The position numbers were made by a program, and so were the translations under genes. Positions 1 to 9,779 of a stretch of 64,000 nucleotides of DNA are shown piece after piece (within the stretch, counting starts at the first letter, position 1; the number at the start of each line of letters is the position of its first letter). A model generated the notes under the pieces. That model was not told the DNA's origin and did no database searches. It was given only the letters and a program-made list of their open reading frames with translations. This stretch comes from Candidatus Deferrimicrobiaceae bacterium (lineage in GTDB: Bacteria; Desulfobacterota; Deferrimicrobia; Deferrimicrobiales; Deferrimicrobiaceae). The stretch covers positions 32,001 through 96,000 of the forward strand of contig CAWBVY010000004.1 in NCBI GenBank assembly GCA_963792415.1, in the 5' to 3' direction.

Positions 1-1682
1 ACCGCGTTCGTCAGAAGATTGTAGACCACCCGCTCGATCTCGGCCGGGTCCGCGTTCACCCGGGGAGGGGGCTCCTGGATCAGAACGTGCCGCCCCACCG
101 TTCCCATGCGCTCCCCGCGCTCCCGCAGGAGGAGGGCGATCGCCTTCTCCACCGGCTCCTTCAGGGAGATCGTCTGCGGCCTGCGCTCCGTCGGGCGGGC
201 GTACTCGAGGAACTCCGTGACCACGCCGTTCAGCCGGTCCGCCTCCTCGACGATGATGTCGAGGAACTCCCGTTCCTTCGGACGCGCCTCGCGGGAGAGG
301 AACTGCGCCGCCCCCTTGATCACCCCCGCCGGCGTGCGGACTTCGTGGGCCAGCCCCGCCGCCAGTTCCCCGACCGTCGCGAAGTGCTCCCGGCGCTGGA
401 TCCGCTGCTGCTGCCGGATGTTCTCCACGGCCAGCGCGATCCCGTCGAGGAAGGGAATGAGCAGGTCCATCTCCCGGAACGACGGCCGCTTGTCGCGCCA
501 GTGGAAGAGGACGACCGCCTGGAGAGTCCCGCGCAGAAAGAGGGGAATCGAGGCGTCGAACGAGTCGTCCCAGATCGCCACGTCCGTGGCCTTCGACCCG
601 CCGTGCTCCAGGATCCGCAACGCGGGGTACCGCTTCGTGAAGCGGGAGTAGGCGCGCAGGTACTCGTCGGGCCGCACGGGAAGCGTCCCGATCCCCTCGT
701 CGGTCCCCCCCTCGGGGCGGACCCACAGCGACGCGCGCTCGACGAAGGGGACCTGCGCCAGGGCATCCTCCACGGTGCGCCCGATCTCCGGGAGCGCCGT
801 CGATTCGGGCAGCTTCCGCGCGAACCCGGATAACACCGACTGAACCCGGCGGGACTGCCGTACGAGCAGATCCGCGGAGATGCCGCCGAGTTTGCGCATC
901 AGGAAGGGATAGAACGAGAGGAGGAAGAACGAGATGAGGAACACCCCCGCGAGGGGGAACCAGAACTTCCGGCCGGAAACGACCTCCAACACCCCGAAGA
1001 CCACGGCGAAGGCGAAGATCTGGATGACCAGCACGACCCCGCGTCCGACGATGTCGGGAAGCTCGAAGAAGTGGAGGTGCAGGATCCCCGTCGCCATGAA
1101 GTAGAAGAAGACGAGCACCGCGAACGCCGCCAGCGGCGGGAAGTCCACTCCGGTTCCGGGGAGGAAGTTGAGCGGCGCCACCAGGCTGGCGATTCCGCCC
1201 CCGACGACGAGGAACTGGTACTTCTTCCGCTCCACGGCGGAAGGGGAGTCGCGGAACCCGTGGCGGACGATGACGTACAGCCCCGCGCCGAGGTACGGGT
1301 AGACGAACAGGAGCGCGGCGACGTTCCACAAGGGGGAGTCGAGGACCGGATCGTAAAAAATCGTCGCCGCGAACGCGACGCTCGCCCAGACGCCCGCGAC
1401 GAAGACCGCCGGGAGCCATCGCGGGCGGGTCCGCACCGCGGCGCCGCAGTAGCGAAGGGCGAAGGGGGGGATGAACATCACTCCCGCCAGGCTCACCTTG
1501 TGCCAGAAGGTCGACGGGAGCGTCTTCCACAGGTACTCGGGGAAGCACCACAGGAAGATGAGGAGGGAAAGGTCGGAGAACGCCCTCGCCTCCGCGTCCC
1601 CCCGCGCGAAGGCGCGCAGATACACCGCGATGGCGATCGCCACCACCGCCGCGACCAGGCTCCCCTGCGCGTAATAATCCAC
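1..1682 (-). CDS. Membrane sensor histidine kinase (multi-TM N-terminus + HisKA/HATPase); 3' end runs off the window
   Basis: Absent from the ORF track because there is no stop in the window. Manual translation from GTG at 1682 gives MDYYAQGSLVAAVVAIAIAVYL..., several hydrophobic helices, then H-box ATVGELAAGLAHEVRTPAGVIKG and an N-box-like VVYNLLTNA at the window edge. Confidence 0.85.
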   Translation of the reverse strand, partial: MDYYAQGSLVAAVVAIAIAVYLRAFARGDAEARAFSDLSLLIFLWCFPEYLWKTLPSTFWHKVSLAGVMFIPPFALRYCGAAVRTRPRWLPAVFVAGVWASVAFAATIFYDPVLDSPLWNVAALLFVYPYLGAGLYVIVRHGFRDSPSAVERKKYQFLVVGGGIASLVAPLNFLPGTGVDFPPLAAFAVLVFFYFMATGILHLHFFELPDIVGRGVVLVIQIFAFAVVFGVLEVVSGRKFWFPLAGVFLISFFLLSFYPFLMRKLGGISADLLVRQSRRVQSVLSGFARKLPESTALPEIGRTVEDALAQVPFVERASLWVRPEGGTDEGIGTLPVRPDEYLRAYSRFTKRYPALRILEHGGSKATDVAIWDDSFDASIPLFLRGTLQAVVLFHWRDKRPSFREMDLLIPFLDGIALAVENIRQQQRIQRREHFATVGELAAGLAHEVRTPAGVIKGAAQFLSREARPKEREFLDIIVEEADRLNGVVTEFLEYARPTERRPQTISLKEPVEKAIALLLRERGERMGTVGRHVLIQEPPPRVNADPAEIERVVYNLLTNA

Positions 1683-1781
1683 GACCCCCCGCCGAACGTC
1701 GGAATGGAAACGGGCTACTGCGCGGAATTCTCCGCAATAGCCCGTCGGTGCCATCGCCTCCCGCGGGAGGCGATTTCCCGG

Positions 1782-2213
1782 TTACTTCCCCGCCTTCTTC
1801 CTACGGCCTTCCGCCAATTTCAACGCAAGCCCCTTCTCCTGGGCGATCTTCTTCTTCGCCTCCGAATATTTCCGGGCGACGAGGGGGGTCTTCGACGGGA
1901 CGCCGAACGCCTTCCGGTACTCCTTCGGGTTCATCTGGTGGCTGACGGCGATATGCTTTTTCAGCGTGGTGAATCCTTTACCGCAAACAAGGCAAATGAC
2001 CTTGTCGGCGCCAAACGCCTTATTCACCGGAACGGCCGGCTTTAACTCCCCGGAGATTTCCGCCCCTTCCCCGCCCTCGGAGCCGGCAAGGCTCAGTAAC
2101 TTATGGAACACCGACTGCAATTCCTCAAGAAGCTCTTCCTTCCCCATCTCATTTACCGAAGCGTGCGCCGACACAATATCCGTCGTGAGTTCCAACAGCG
2201 CCTTCTTGTCCAT
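1782..2213 (-). CDS. MucR/Ros family zinc-finger transcriptional regulator
   Basis: LTTDIVSAHAS N-terminus and ICLVCGKGFTTLKKHIAVSHQMNPKEYRKAFG...PLVARKYSE motif. GGAGGG RBS before ATG 2213. Confidence 0.92.
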   Translation of the reverse strand: MDKKALLELTTDIVSAHASVNEMGKEELLEELQSVFHKLLSLAGSEGGEGAEISGELKPAVPVNKAFGADKVICLVCGKGFTTLKKHIAVSHQMNPKEYRKAFGVPSKTPLVARKYSEAKKKIAQEKGLALKLAEGRRKKAGK

Positions 2214-2247
2214 GGTTCCCTCCAGGATTTTCTGTATTAGTGTCTTT

Positions 2248-2276
2248 ATTCTCTTAAAATTATCCCATGATGTCAA
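2248..2276 (-). promoter_or_regulatory. Putative sigma70 promoter of mucR in an AT-rich island
   Basis: Minus strand reads TTGACA-17 nt-GAGAAT. The region is strongly AT-rich compared with its flanks. Confidence 0.5.
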
Positions 2277-2536
2277 CACGGGATCGTATTATTTACAAAA
2301 ACATACGGACCGAATTCCAAAAGAAAGGCGGTTTATTCCCGCCTTTTCGATGCCGGAGTGCGTGACAGCGTTCCCGGAAAGACGGATTCCTTGTACAATG
2401 TCGAAAATCCGGGGGAAAGGACCGACCCGTCACCCATCGCGCCCCCATACACCCGCCGCAAGCCGGCGACGCACCGATCCCGCCGCCGATCCTCGTCGCG
2501 TGCGCGCTGACGCTCGTCCTGTATCTCGGTGCCTAC

Positions 2537-3637
2537 ATGCGCCTCCCCCTGGTCCCGTTGTTCGCGCGAGGACTGGGAGCCTCCACCGTCGACGTCGGCA
2601 TGATCAACGCCGGCTTCATGCTCGCGGCGGCCGCCCTCGCCCTCCCGCTGGGGCTCATGTCCGACCGCCTCGGACGGAAGCGCCTCATCCTCGCCGGGAT
2701 GGGGATCTCCTGCCTGACCTCCCTCTTTCTGCTCGTGGCCAGGACTCCCCTGCACGTCGGGCTGATCTACCTGTTCTCCGGAGTGGGACTCGCCTGTTTC
2801 TCCCCCGCGATGATGTCCCACGTGGGGGATTCCAGCCCGCCGAACTTCCTCGGGCGGGCGTACGGGTGGTACACCTCCGCCCTTTACCTCGGGATGGCGC
2901 TCGGGCCGGGCTTCGGCGGTGCCGTCGCGACGAAAGGATTCGGGACCGCCTTCGCGGTCTCCGCCGCGATCATCGGCGCGGGGGTGATCGTGGCGGGCTT
3001 CCGTGTCGGGAACCCGGCCCCGTCGGCCCAGCGGCCCTTCGGGGGGGGGAATCTCCGCTCGGACTTCGCCGAGATCCTCCGCAACCGGGCCGTCCTGGGC
3101 TGCTGGGTCGCCACCTTCTTCTCTACCTACGCGTGGGGGTCCTTGTTCGCCTTCTTTCCGCTTTACGCAAAGGACATCGGGATCTCGATCCCCCAGACCG
3201 GCCTCATCTTCACGGCCCAGGCGGGCGTCAACGCCCTCTGCCGCATCCCGATCGGCCATCTGCAGGACCGGACGGGGAACCGGCGCTCCTTCATCCTCTG
3301 GGGGACCTCCCTGTTCGGGCTCTGCATCGCCCTCACCGGGACGGCGCGGGGGCCGCTGCCGCTCTACCTTCTTTTCGCCGGCGTCGGCGCCACGATGGCG
3401 GCGACGTTCACGGCGGTCGGCGCCGTCCTGTCGGAATCGGTGGACACGCGCGTCCGCGGATTGGCGATGGGGGGGTACAACACGTGCATCTACGGCGGTT
3501 TCATGGTCTCCGCGGCCACACTCGGGTTCGTGATCCAGCGGATGGGGTTCGCCGCGGGGTTCGCGGCCGCGGGCCTGTCGTGCGCCGTCGCGACGGCCGG
3601 AGTGGCCGGATTGCTGCCGCGAACGCGTCGTTCCTGA
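2537..3637 (+). CDS. MFS transporter (true start probably upstream)
   Basis: Motif A GLMSDRLGRKRL, about 11 TM helices. The frame stays open upstream and encodes a further TM helix. Confidence 0.88.
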   Translation: MRLPLVPLFARGLGASTVDVGMINAGFMLAAAALALPLGLMSDRLGRKRLILAGMGISCLTSLFLLVARTPLHVGLIYLFSGVGLACFSPAMMSHVGDSSPPNFLGRAYGWYTSALYLGMALGPGFGGAVATKGFGTAFAVSAAIIGAGVIVAGFRVGNPAPSAQRPFGGGNLRSDFAEILRNRAVLGCWVATFFSTYAWGSLFAFFPLYAKDIGISIPQTGLIFTAQAGVNALCRIPIGHLQDRTGNRRSFILWGTSLFGLCIALTGTARGPLPLYLLFAGVGATMAATFTAVGAVLSESVDTRVRGLAMGGYNTCIYGGFMVSAATLGFVIQRMGFAAGFAAAGLSCAVATAGVAGLLPRTRRS

Positions 3638-3687
3638 CCGGGCGCCCCCGTCGGTTACGGACGTCCTCCGAAGAAGGGGTGTTTCGT

Positions 3688-4671
3688 TCAGGCCGGGGCG
3701 GCGGCGGAAGCGGGGGCGTACACGCTCTCGGCCTCGGCGACGAGTCGGTCGATCAACTCCTTCACGCTCGGGATGTCCTTGATCCTCCAGACGTTCTCCC
3801 CCGTGAAGACCAGCCCTTCCTTCGTGTCCCCGTCACGCGACATGTCGAGGCGGTCGATGATGCAGAAGCTGTGGCTGCAACTCTTCAGGCACCCCCGCCG
3901 GCATTCCCCGTCGTAGACGTCCCCGCCTGCGAAGAAGCGCTCGAGGAACGGGTTGCGGATCGCGCGCCCGGGGAGCCCCACGGGGGATTTCATCAGGACC
4001 ACGTCCTCCTTGCGGGCGTTCAGATACGTCTGCTTGAAGTTGTCGGACACGTCGCACTCCTTCGTGAGGACGAAGCGCGTGGCCATCTGGACCGCGTCGG
4101 CGCCGAACTTCCCCATCATCTCCGCGATCTCGTAGCCGTCGGTAATGCCTCCCGCGGCGATCAGGGGGACCTTCTTCACCACCTTGCGAACCTCGGGGAA
4201 AAGTTCGCGCAGCGGCCGGTCGGTCCCGAGGTGCCCGCCCGCCTCCTTCGCTTCCACGACGATCGCGTCCGCGCCGCTTCGCTCCGCGAGCTTGCCGAAC
4301 TCCGGGGAGGAGACGATGGAGACGATGGGGACGTTGTGATCCTTCCCCACCTTGAAGACGTCGCGGGAGAACCCTGCCCCGGTGACGATCATGTCCACGC
4401 CCGCCTCGATCGACGCCATGACCACTTCCATGAACTGCTTGACCGCGAACATGATGTTGACGGCCACGATGCCGCTCGTCATCCGTTTCGCCTTGCGGAT
4501 GTCCTCCTGCAGTTCGTCGATCGGAATCCCGGATCCGCCGATCGTGCCGATCCCGCCGCATTCCGCCACCGCAGCCGCCAGCGACGACGTGGAGACGCGG
4601 ACCGACATCCCTCCCTGGACAATGGGTATCTTTGCCTTGAACCGGCCGATGGTTAGTTCCGGAAGCTTCAC
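3688..4671 (-). CDS. Nitronate monooxygenase / FabK-like FMN oxidoreductase
   Basis: PIVQGGM, EAGGHLG, IAAGGI and VQMATRF motifs plus a C-terminal Cys cluster. GTG 4671 follows GGAGGG. Confidence 0.88.
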   Translation of the reverse strand: MKLPELTIGRFKAKIPIVQGGMSVRVSTSSLAAAVAECGGIGTIGGSGIPIDELQEDIRKAKRMTSGIVAVNIMFAVKQFMEVVMASIEAGVDMIVTGAGFSRDVFKVGKDHNVPIVSIVSSPEFGKLAERSGADAIVVEAKEAGGHLGTDRPLRELFPEVRKVVKKVPLIAAGGITDGYEIAEMMGKFGADAVQMATRFVLTKECDVSDNFKQTYLNARKEDVVLMKSPVGLPGRAIRNPFLERFFAGGDVYDGECRRGCLKSCSHSFCIIDRLDMSRDGDTKEGLVFTGENVWRIKDIPSVKELIDRLVAEAESVYAPASAAAPA

Positions 4672-4755
4672 GATCCCCTCCAACGAGAATATGTAAACCT
4701 CAATTATAAACGAAAACGCCGTTTTGCCACTTCGAAAAGCAGGATTGTCCCGGAT

Positions 4756-5619
4756 TCATACGGAGCAGGGGACCGCCCGCCCCGGCAGGAGAGCGGTCCG
4801 GAACGGGCGGCCGGGAAGTACCCCGCAGCGGCAGTCGGCCGCGATCCTGGAAAGCGGATGAATCGCGTAGCCGCGGTCGGACGCCCCGCGCAGGATCTCC
4901 GCGAAAGCCTCGCTCCAGATTCCGCCTTCCGCCTCCGCGTGCACCGGGAAGACGTGGACACCCCCGGCGTCGAGCGCGGAGAGGATCCGGGGAACCCCGC
5001 TCCTGCCCCCGACCTCCTCCAGGCACGGCAGGTCGGAGGGGACCTCGACGAGACCGGTTCCCTCGAGGACGAACGGAGCGGCGGCCCGCGTGCAGCTGAG
5101 GTATTCGAGCGGAATCTCCCGCAACACGCCCACCGCCTCTTCCGTGAGCAGCCATGCCGGCGCCCCGAAAGCGCGCGGACGGTGTCCGAGGACCTCCTCG
5201 TAGGACTCGAATCCCCGGAGAAACCACTCCCGGATCCACGCGGCCTTTCTCCGTGGGAGGCTGTCCTGCCACGCCCGGTGGTCCCAGGCGTGGAACTCCA
5301 CCTCGTGCCCGCGGTTCTCTATTTCCCGGCAAAGGCCGGGAAGGGCGGAGGCGATCCTCGGGGCGGGAAGGAGCGTGCCGTACAGCGCGGTCCGGAAGCC
5401 GTACAGCCCGGGGGCGTTCGTGCGGAGCATCTTGACGAGGAAGCGCGGGTTCCGCAGGAGCTGGTACACGGCCTTCCCCGAGTTGTCGGGCCCGAACGAG
5501 AGGAAGAACGTCGCGGGGACGCGGAACGCTCCGAGCGTCTCGAGCAGGGACGGGACGCCGCGCTCCATCCCTCGCCGCGTGTCGACGTCGACCTTGAGCG
5601 CCAGGATCCGCTTCTCCAA
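4756..5619 (-). CDS. arnD: Polysaccharide deacetylase, ArnD-like L-Ara4FN deformylase
   Basis: LKVDVDT, ATFFLSFGPDNSG, HAWDH, HAEAEG motifs; last gene of the arn operon. Confidence 0.82.
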   Translation of the reverse strand: MEKRILALKVDVDTRRGMERGVPSLLETLGAFRVPATFFLSFGPDNSGKAVYQLLRNPRFLVKMLRTNAPGLYGFRTALYGTLLPAPRIASALPGLCREIENRGHEVEFHAWDHRAWQDSLPRRKAAWIREWFLRGFESYEEVLGHRPRAFGAPAWLLTEEAVGVLREIPLEYLSCTRAAAPFVLEGTGLVEVPSDLPCLEEVGGRSGVPRILSALDAGGVHVFPVHAEAEGGIWSEAFAEILRGASDRGYAIHPLSRIAADCRCGVLPGRPFRTALLPGRAVPCSV

Positions 5620-5623
5620 AGGT

Positions 5624-6655
5624 TTACCGACCGGCGCGGGAGTCGTCCGCCTCGGCGAGGAAGGCATCCAGGGTCTTCTTCAGCGCCGTCTTCATCGGCA
5701 CCTTCGGCTCCCACCCGAGGATCTCCTTCGCGCGCCGGATGGAGGGGGTCCGCGTCTGGATGTCCTGGTACCCTTCGCCGTAGAACTGCTTCGAGTTGAC
5801 CTCGACGATCGGGGGGATCTTCTTCCCGCGGTTCCGGGGGTGCTTCGCGTACAGCGCACGGAGCATCCCGGCGAGCTCCCGGACCGAGTGGTCGTTCGCC
5901 GGGTTCCCGATGTTGAAGATCCCGCCGTTCGCGCAGCCGTTCCTGTTCGTGAGGATCTTCATCAGCCCGGCGATCCCGTCGTCCACGTAGGTGAAGCAGC
6001 GGCGCTGCTCCCCGCCGTCCACCACCTGGATCGGCTTCCCGAGGTACAGGTCGGCGATGAACTGCGTGACGACGCGGGAGCTCCCCTCCTTGGCGGTCTC
6101 GATCGAGTCGAGCCGCGGCCCGATCCAGTTGAAGGGGCGGAAGAGGGTGAAGGCGAGCCCCTGCCGGCCATACGCCCAGATGACCCGGTCCAGCATCTGC
6201 TTGGAGCAGGAGTAGATCCACCGCTCCTTGGCGATCGGCCCGAGGACCAGCGGCGAGTTCTCCTCGTCGAACTCCTTGTCCGCGCACATCCCGTACACCT
6301 CGGAGGTGGAGGGGAAGACGATCCGCTTTCCGTACCGATGCACCTGCCGGACGATGCGCAGGTTCTCCTCGAAGTCGAGCTCGAAGACCGACAACGGCCG
6401 CTCGACGTAGACCTTCGGGGTTGCGATCGCCACCAGCGGCAGGATCACGTCGGCCTTCTTTATGTGGTACTCGATCCACTCCTTGTTGATCGAGATGTCG
6501 CCCTCGACGAAGTCGAACCGGGGATGCTTCGCCGATATTCCCAGGCGCTCGGCGGAAAGGTCCATCCCGTAGATCTTCCAGTCGGTCTCCTTCAGGATCC
6601 TGGCCGTCAGGTGATGACCGATGAACCCGTTCACTCCCAGGATCAGGACCTTCAT
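5624..6655 (-). CDS. arnA: UDP-glucuronate oxidase/decarboxylase (stand-alone ArnA C-terminal domain)
   Basis: [42 protein letters not shown] motifs. Confidence 0.9.
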   Translation of the reverse strand: MKVLILGVNGFIGHHLTARILKETDWKIYGMDLSAERLGISAKHPRFDFVEGDISINKEWIEYHIKKADVILPLVAIATPKVYVERPLSVFELDFEENLRIVRQVHRYGKRIVFPSTSEVYGMCADKEFDEENSPLVLGPIAKERWIYSCSKQMLDRVIWAYGRQGLAFTLFRPFNWIGPRLDSIETAKEGSSRVVTQFIADLYLGKPIQVVDGGEQRRCFTYVDDGIAGLMKILTNRNGCANGGIFNIGNPANDHSVRELAGMLRALYAKHPRNRGKKIPPIVEVNSKQFYGEGYQDIQTRTPSIRRAKEILGWEPKVPMKTALKKTLDAFLAEADDSRAGR

Positions 6656-7635
6656 GAAAGCCTCCCGTTCGCGGCGCCGGCGAGCAGGTCGACGATCGCC
6701 TCCCCCTTCGCCGTCCGCGTTCTCCATTCGATTTCCTCCAGTTGAAGCCACCCTTCCCCCGTCCCGACGACGACCCGGCGCGGAGCGGATACCGGCGCGG
6801 CGCACCCCCCGGCCATCGCGAACGACGGTCCGCCGGAAACGCGGATCGTCCCCGGAGACGGCATGCTCCCCGCCGCCGCCGGCAGGGGGATCGACCACCA
6901 CACCGAGAGTTTCTCCCCCGCGAGTTCGGTGAACGCCCCGGGGTAGGGGCGGGTGACCGCGCGGACGAGGTTGTAGATCTCGACCGCCGGCCGGGACCAG
7001 TCGATCCGCCCGTCCTCGGGCCGGCGCCCGCCGAAGTAGCTCCCGCGGGCGAGGTCGTTCGGGCTCCGCGGGATCGCCCCGTTCGCGATCCGGGGGAGCA
7101 GGTCGGCGAGGAGCCGCGAAGCGGCATCCTCCATCTTCCCGAACAGCGTGAGCGCCGTGTCGTCGAACGCGATCGGCACCGCCGCCTGGCCCACGATATC
7201 CCCCGCGTCGGGCTTCTCCGTCATGAAGTGGAGGGTCACCCCGGTTTCCGTCTCCCCCTTGACGAGCACCCAGTTGACCGGCGCCCTTCCCCGGTACTTC
7301 GGCAGCAGCGAGCCGTGGAGGTTCATCGCCCCCAGCGGCGGGATCTCGAGGATCTCCTTTTTCAGCATCGACCGGTAGTAGAAGGAGAAGAGCAGGTCGG
7401 GCTGCGCTTCCCGGATCCGGTCCGGCCACGGCGGCGCGTTGACGTCCTTCGGGGAAAATACCGGGATCCCCCGCTCCCGGCAGAACGCCGTCACGGAGCC
7501 GAACCACCGGTTCTCCCCCGGGTCGTCCTCGTGGGACAGGACCATCGGGATCGCGAAGCCGCTGTCGAGGAGGGCGCGGATCCCGACGATCCCCATGTTG
7601 TGATACGCGAAGACGACCGCCCGCAAGGAGTTCAC
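6652..7635 (-). CDS. UDP-L-Ara4N formyltransferase (stand-alone ArnA N-terminal domain)
   Basis: [34 protein letters not shown] motifs. GTG start overlaps the upstream stop. Confidence 0.9.
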   Translation of the reverse strand: MNSLRAVVFAYHNMGIVGIRALLDSGFAIPMVLSHEDDPGENRWFGSVTAFCRERGIPVFSPKDVNAPPWPDRIREAQPDLLFSFYYRSMLKKEILEIPPLGAMNLHGSLLPKYRGRAPVNWVLVKGETETGVTLHFMTEKPDAGDIVGQAAVPIAFDDTALTLFGKMEDAASRLLADLLPRIANGAIPRSPNDLARGSYFGGRRPEDGRIDWSRPAVEIYNLVRAVTRPYPGAFTELAGEKLSVWWSIPLPAAAGSMPSPGTIRVSGGPSFAMAGGCAAPVSAPRRVVVGTGEGWLQLEEIEWRTRTAKGEAIVDLLAGAANGRLS

Positions 7636-8555
7636 CCTTCGTGGAGCTTGCGGATCGTGAAGCGCGGGCGCTTGCGGACCTCGTGGTAGATGCGCCCGAC
7701 GTACTGCCCCATGATCCCGAGGGCGAAGAAGAGGGTCCCCACGAAGAAGAACAGGACGGCGAACAGGGTAAAGATGCCGTTCGCGGCCCACGCGGCCCCG
7801 TAGAAGATCCGCATCACGACGAGCAGCGCGCCGAAGGCGACGCCGAGAAAGGCCATCCCGGTCCCCAGGTAGAGGAGCACGCGCAGGGGGAACTCCGAGA
7901 ACGAGGTGAGCAGGTCGAACTGGAGGTTCAGGAGCCTCCACAGGTTGTAGTTGGACGCCCCCGCGTGCCGCTCCGCGTGCCCCACGGGGATCTCCGTCAT
8001 CCTCTTCGCGAAGAGGGTCGCCAGGGCGGGGATGAACGTGGAGTACTCCTGGCTCTCCACCATCCGGTCCACCACCTCGCGCCGGTACCCGCGCAGCATG
8101 CACCCCCAGTCGTTCATGCGGATCCCCGTGATCCGGCGGGTCATCGCGTTCACGATCCGCGAAGGGATCTTCCGCAGGATCGAGTCTTTCCGCATCTCCC
8201 GGACCGTCCCGACGACTTCGAAGTTCCCTTCCTCCATCGCGCGCACGATGGCGGGGATCTCCTCGGGAGGGTTCTGCAGGTCCGCGTCGATCGTGATGAC
8301 GATCTCCCCCCGGACGATGGAAAATCCCGAGATGATCGCCGCGTGCTGCCCGTAATTCCGGGTGAGTTCGAGGACCCGGACGCCGTCGCGCCCGAGGAGC
8401 CCTTTCAGCACCTCGAGGGAGTGGTCCCGGCTGCCGTCGTCGACGTAGATGATCTCGTACGCCCGCTCCGTCTTCCGCAGCGCCGCCTCGAGCCGGTCCA
8501 TCAGGAGAAGGAGGTTCTTCTCCTCGTTGTAGACGGGGACGACGACGGAGATCAT
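7632..8555 (-). CDS. arnC: Undecaprenyl-phosphate L-Ara4FN transferase (GT2)
   Basis: [38 protein letters not shown] motifs and two C-terminal TM helices. Confidence 0.88.
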   Translation of the reverse strand: MISVVVPVYNEEKNLLLLMDRLEAALRKTERAYEIIYVDDGSRDHSLEVLKGLLGRDGVRVLELTRNYGQHAAIISGFSIVRGEIVITIDADLQNPPEEIPAIVRAMEEGNFEVVGTVREMRKDSILRKIPSRIVNAMTRRITGIRMNDWGCMLRGYRREVVDRMVESQEYSTFIPALATLFAKRMTEIPVGHAERHAGASNYNLWRLLNLQFDLLTSFSEFPLRVLLYLGTGMAFLGVAFGALLVVMRIFYGAAWAANGIFTLFAVLFFFVGTLFFALGIMGQYVGRIYHEVRKRPRFTIRKLHEG

Positions 8556-9727
8556 GGGCGGTCTCCCGATAGGATCTCCCGGATCGCCTCGCAGACGTAA
8601 TCGACGTCGGCGTCGGACATCCCGGGGAACAGGGGGAGCGAGACGATCCCCTTCCCGGCCCGTTCGGTGTCGGGCAGGTCGCCCTCCCGCGTTCCGAACC
8701 GTTCCCGGACGTACGAGAGGAGGTGGCACGGGGGGAAGTGAAGCCCCACGCCGACGTTCCGCCCCGCGAGGGCGCCGATGACGGCGTCCCGGTCCATCCC
8801 CGTGATCTTGACGATGAAAAGGTGCCACGAGTGGGCGTGCGCGTACGGGACCGCCTCCGGGAGATCGATCCCCGGGACGCCTTCGATCCCGGCGAGGTAC
8901 CGTCTCGCGAGCTCGGCCCGGCGGGCGTTCAGCGCCGCCACCTTGCGCATCTGGACCACCCCGACCGCGGCGTGGAGGTCGGTCAGGTTGTACTTGTACC
9001 CCGGCTCCCGGATGTCGTAGTGCGGGGTACCCCCCTTCCCGTACCGCTTCCACGCGTCCCGCTCGATCCCGTGGAACCGGAGCAGCCGAAGGCGGGCGGC
9101 GAGGGCGTCGTCGTAACAGGTGACCATTCCCCCCTCGGCCGTCGTGATGTTCTTGATCGGGTGGAAGGAGAAGATGGCGATGTTCCCCGGGGTGCCGGGA
9201 CGCGGAGGGCCGCCGGCGGGGACGCCCTTGTACACGGTACCCACGGCGTGCGCGGCGTCCTCGATCACGGGGATCCCGGCGCGGTCCGCCGCCGCACGGA
9301 TCGGGTCGAGGTCGGCCGGCGCGCCGGCGAAATGGACGGGGAGGATCGCCTTCGTGCGGGGGGTGATCCTTGCCGCGAGCGCGTCGGGCCGCACCTGGAG
9401 CGTCCCGTAGTCCACGTCGGCGAAAACGGGCGTCGCCCCGCGCAGGACGATCTGGTTGACGGTGGAGGCGAACGTCATCGAGGGGGTGGCCACCTCGTCC
9501 CCCGGGCCGATCCCCAGGGCCGAGAGGACGATGTGGAGCCCGGCGGTGGCGGAAGTGACCGCGACCGCGTGCGGCGCCCCGGTGGTTTCGCGGAAGATCC
9601 CCTCCAGTTCGGCGACTTTCGGTCCGCTCGTGATCCAGCCGGAGCGCAGCGACTCCGCGACCGCCGCCACCTCTTCCTCGCCGAGGGCGGGACGGGACAA
9701 CGGCAGGAAATCGTCACGGATCTTCAA
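8552..9727 (-). CDS. arnB: UDP-4-keto-arabinose aminotransferase (DegT/DnrJ family)
   Basis: SGWITSGPK, IEDAAHA, FSFHPIKNITTAEGG (PLP lysine), PGYKYNLTD motifs. Confidence 0.88.
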   Translation of the reverse strand: MKIRDDFLPLSRPALGEEEVAAVAESLRSGWITSGPKVAELEGIFRETTGAPHAVAVTSATAGLHIVLSALGIGPGDEVATPSMTFASTVNQIVLRGATPVFADVDYGTLQVRPDALAARITPRTKAILPVHFAGAPADLDPIRAAADRAGIPVIEDAAHAVGTVYKGVPAGGPPRPGTPGNIAIFSFHPIKNITTAEGGMVTCYDDALAARLRLLRFHGIERDAWKRYGKGGTPHYDIREPGYKYNLTDLHAAVGVVQMRKVAALNARRAELARRYLAGIEGVPGIDLPEAVPYAHAHSWHLFIVKITGMDRDAVIGALAGRNVGVGLHFPPCHLLSYVRERFGTREGDLPDTERAGKGIVSLPLFPGMSDADVDYVCEAIREILSGDRP

Positions 9728-9779
9728 GGGCGCGTCCGTTCCTCGCGGCGTGGTGGGGTGAGGAGGCCAGCCTCCTGCG

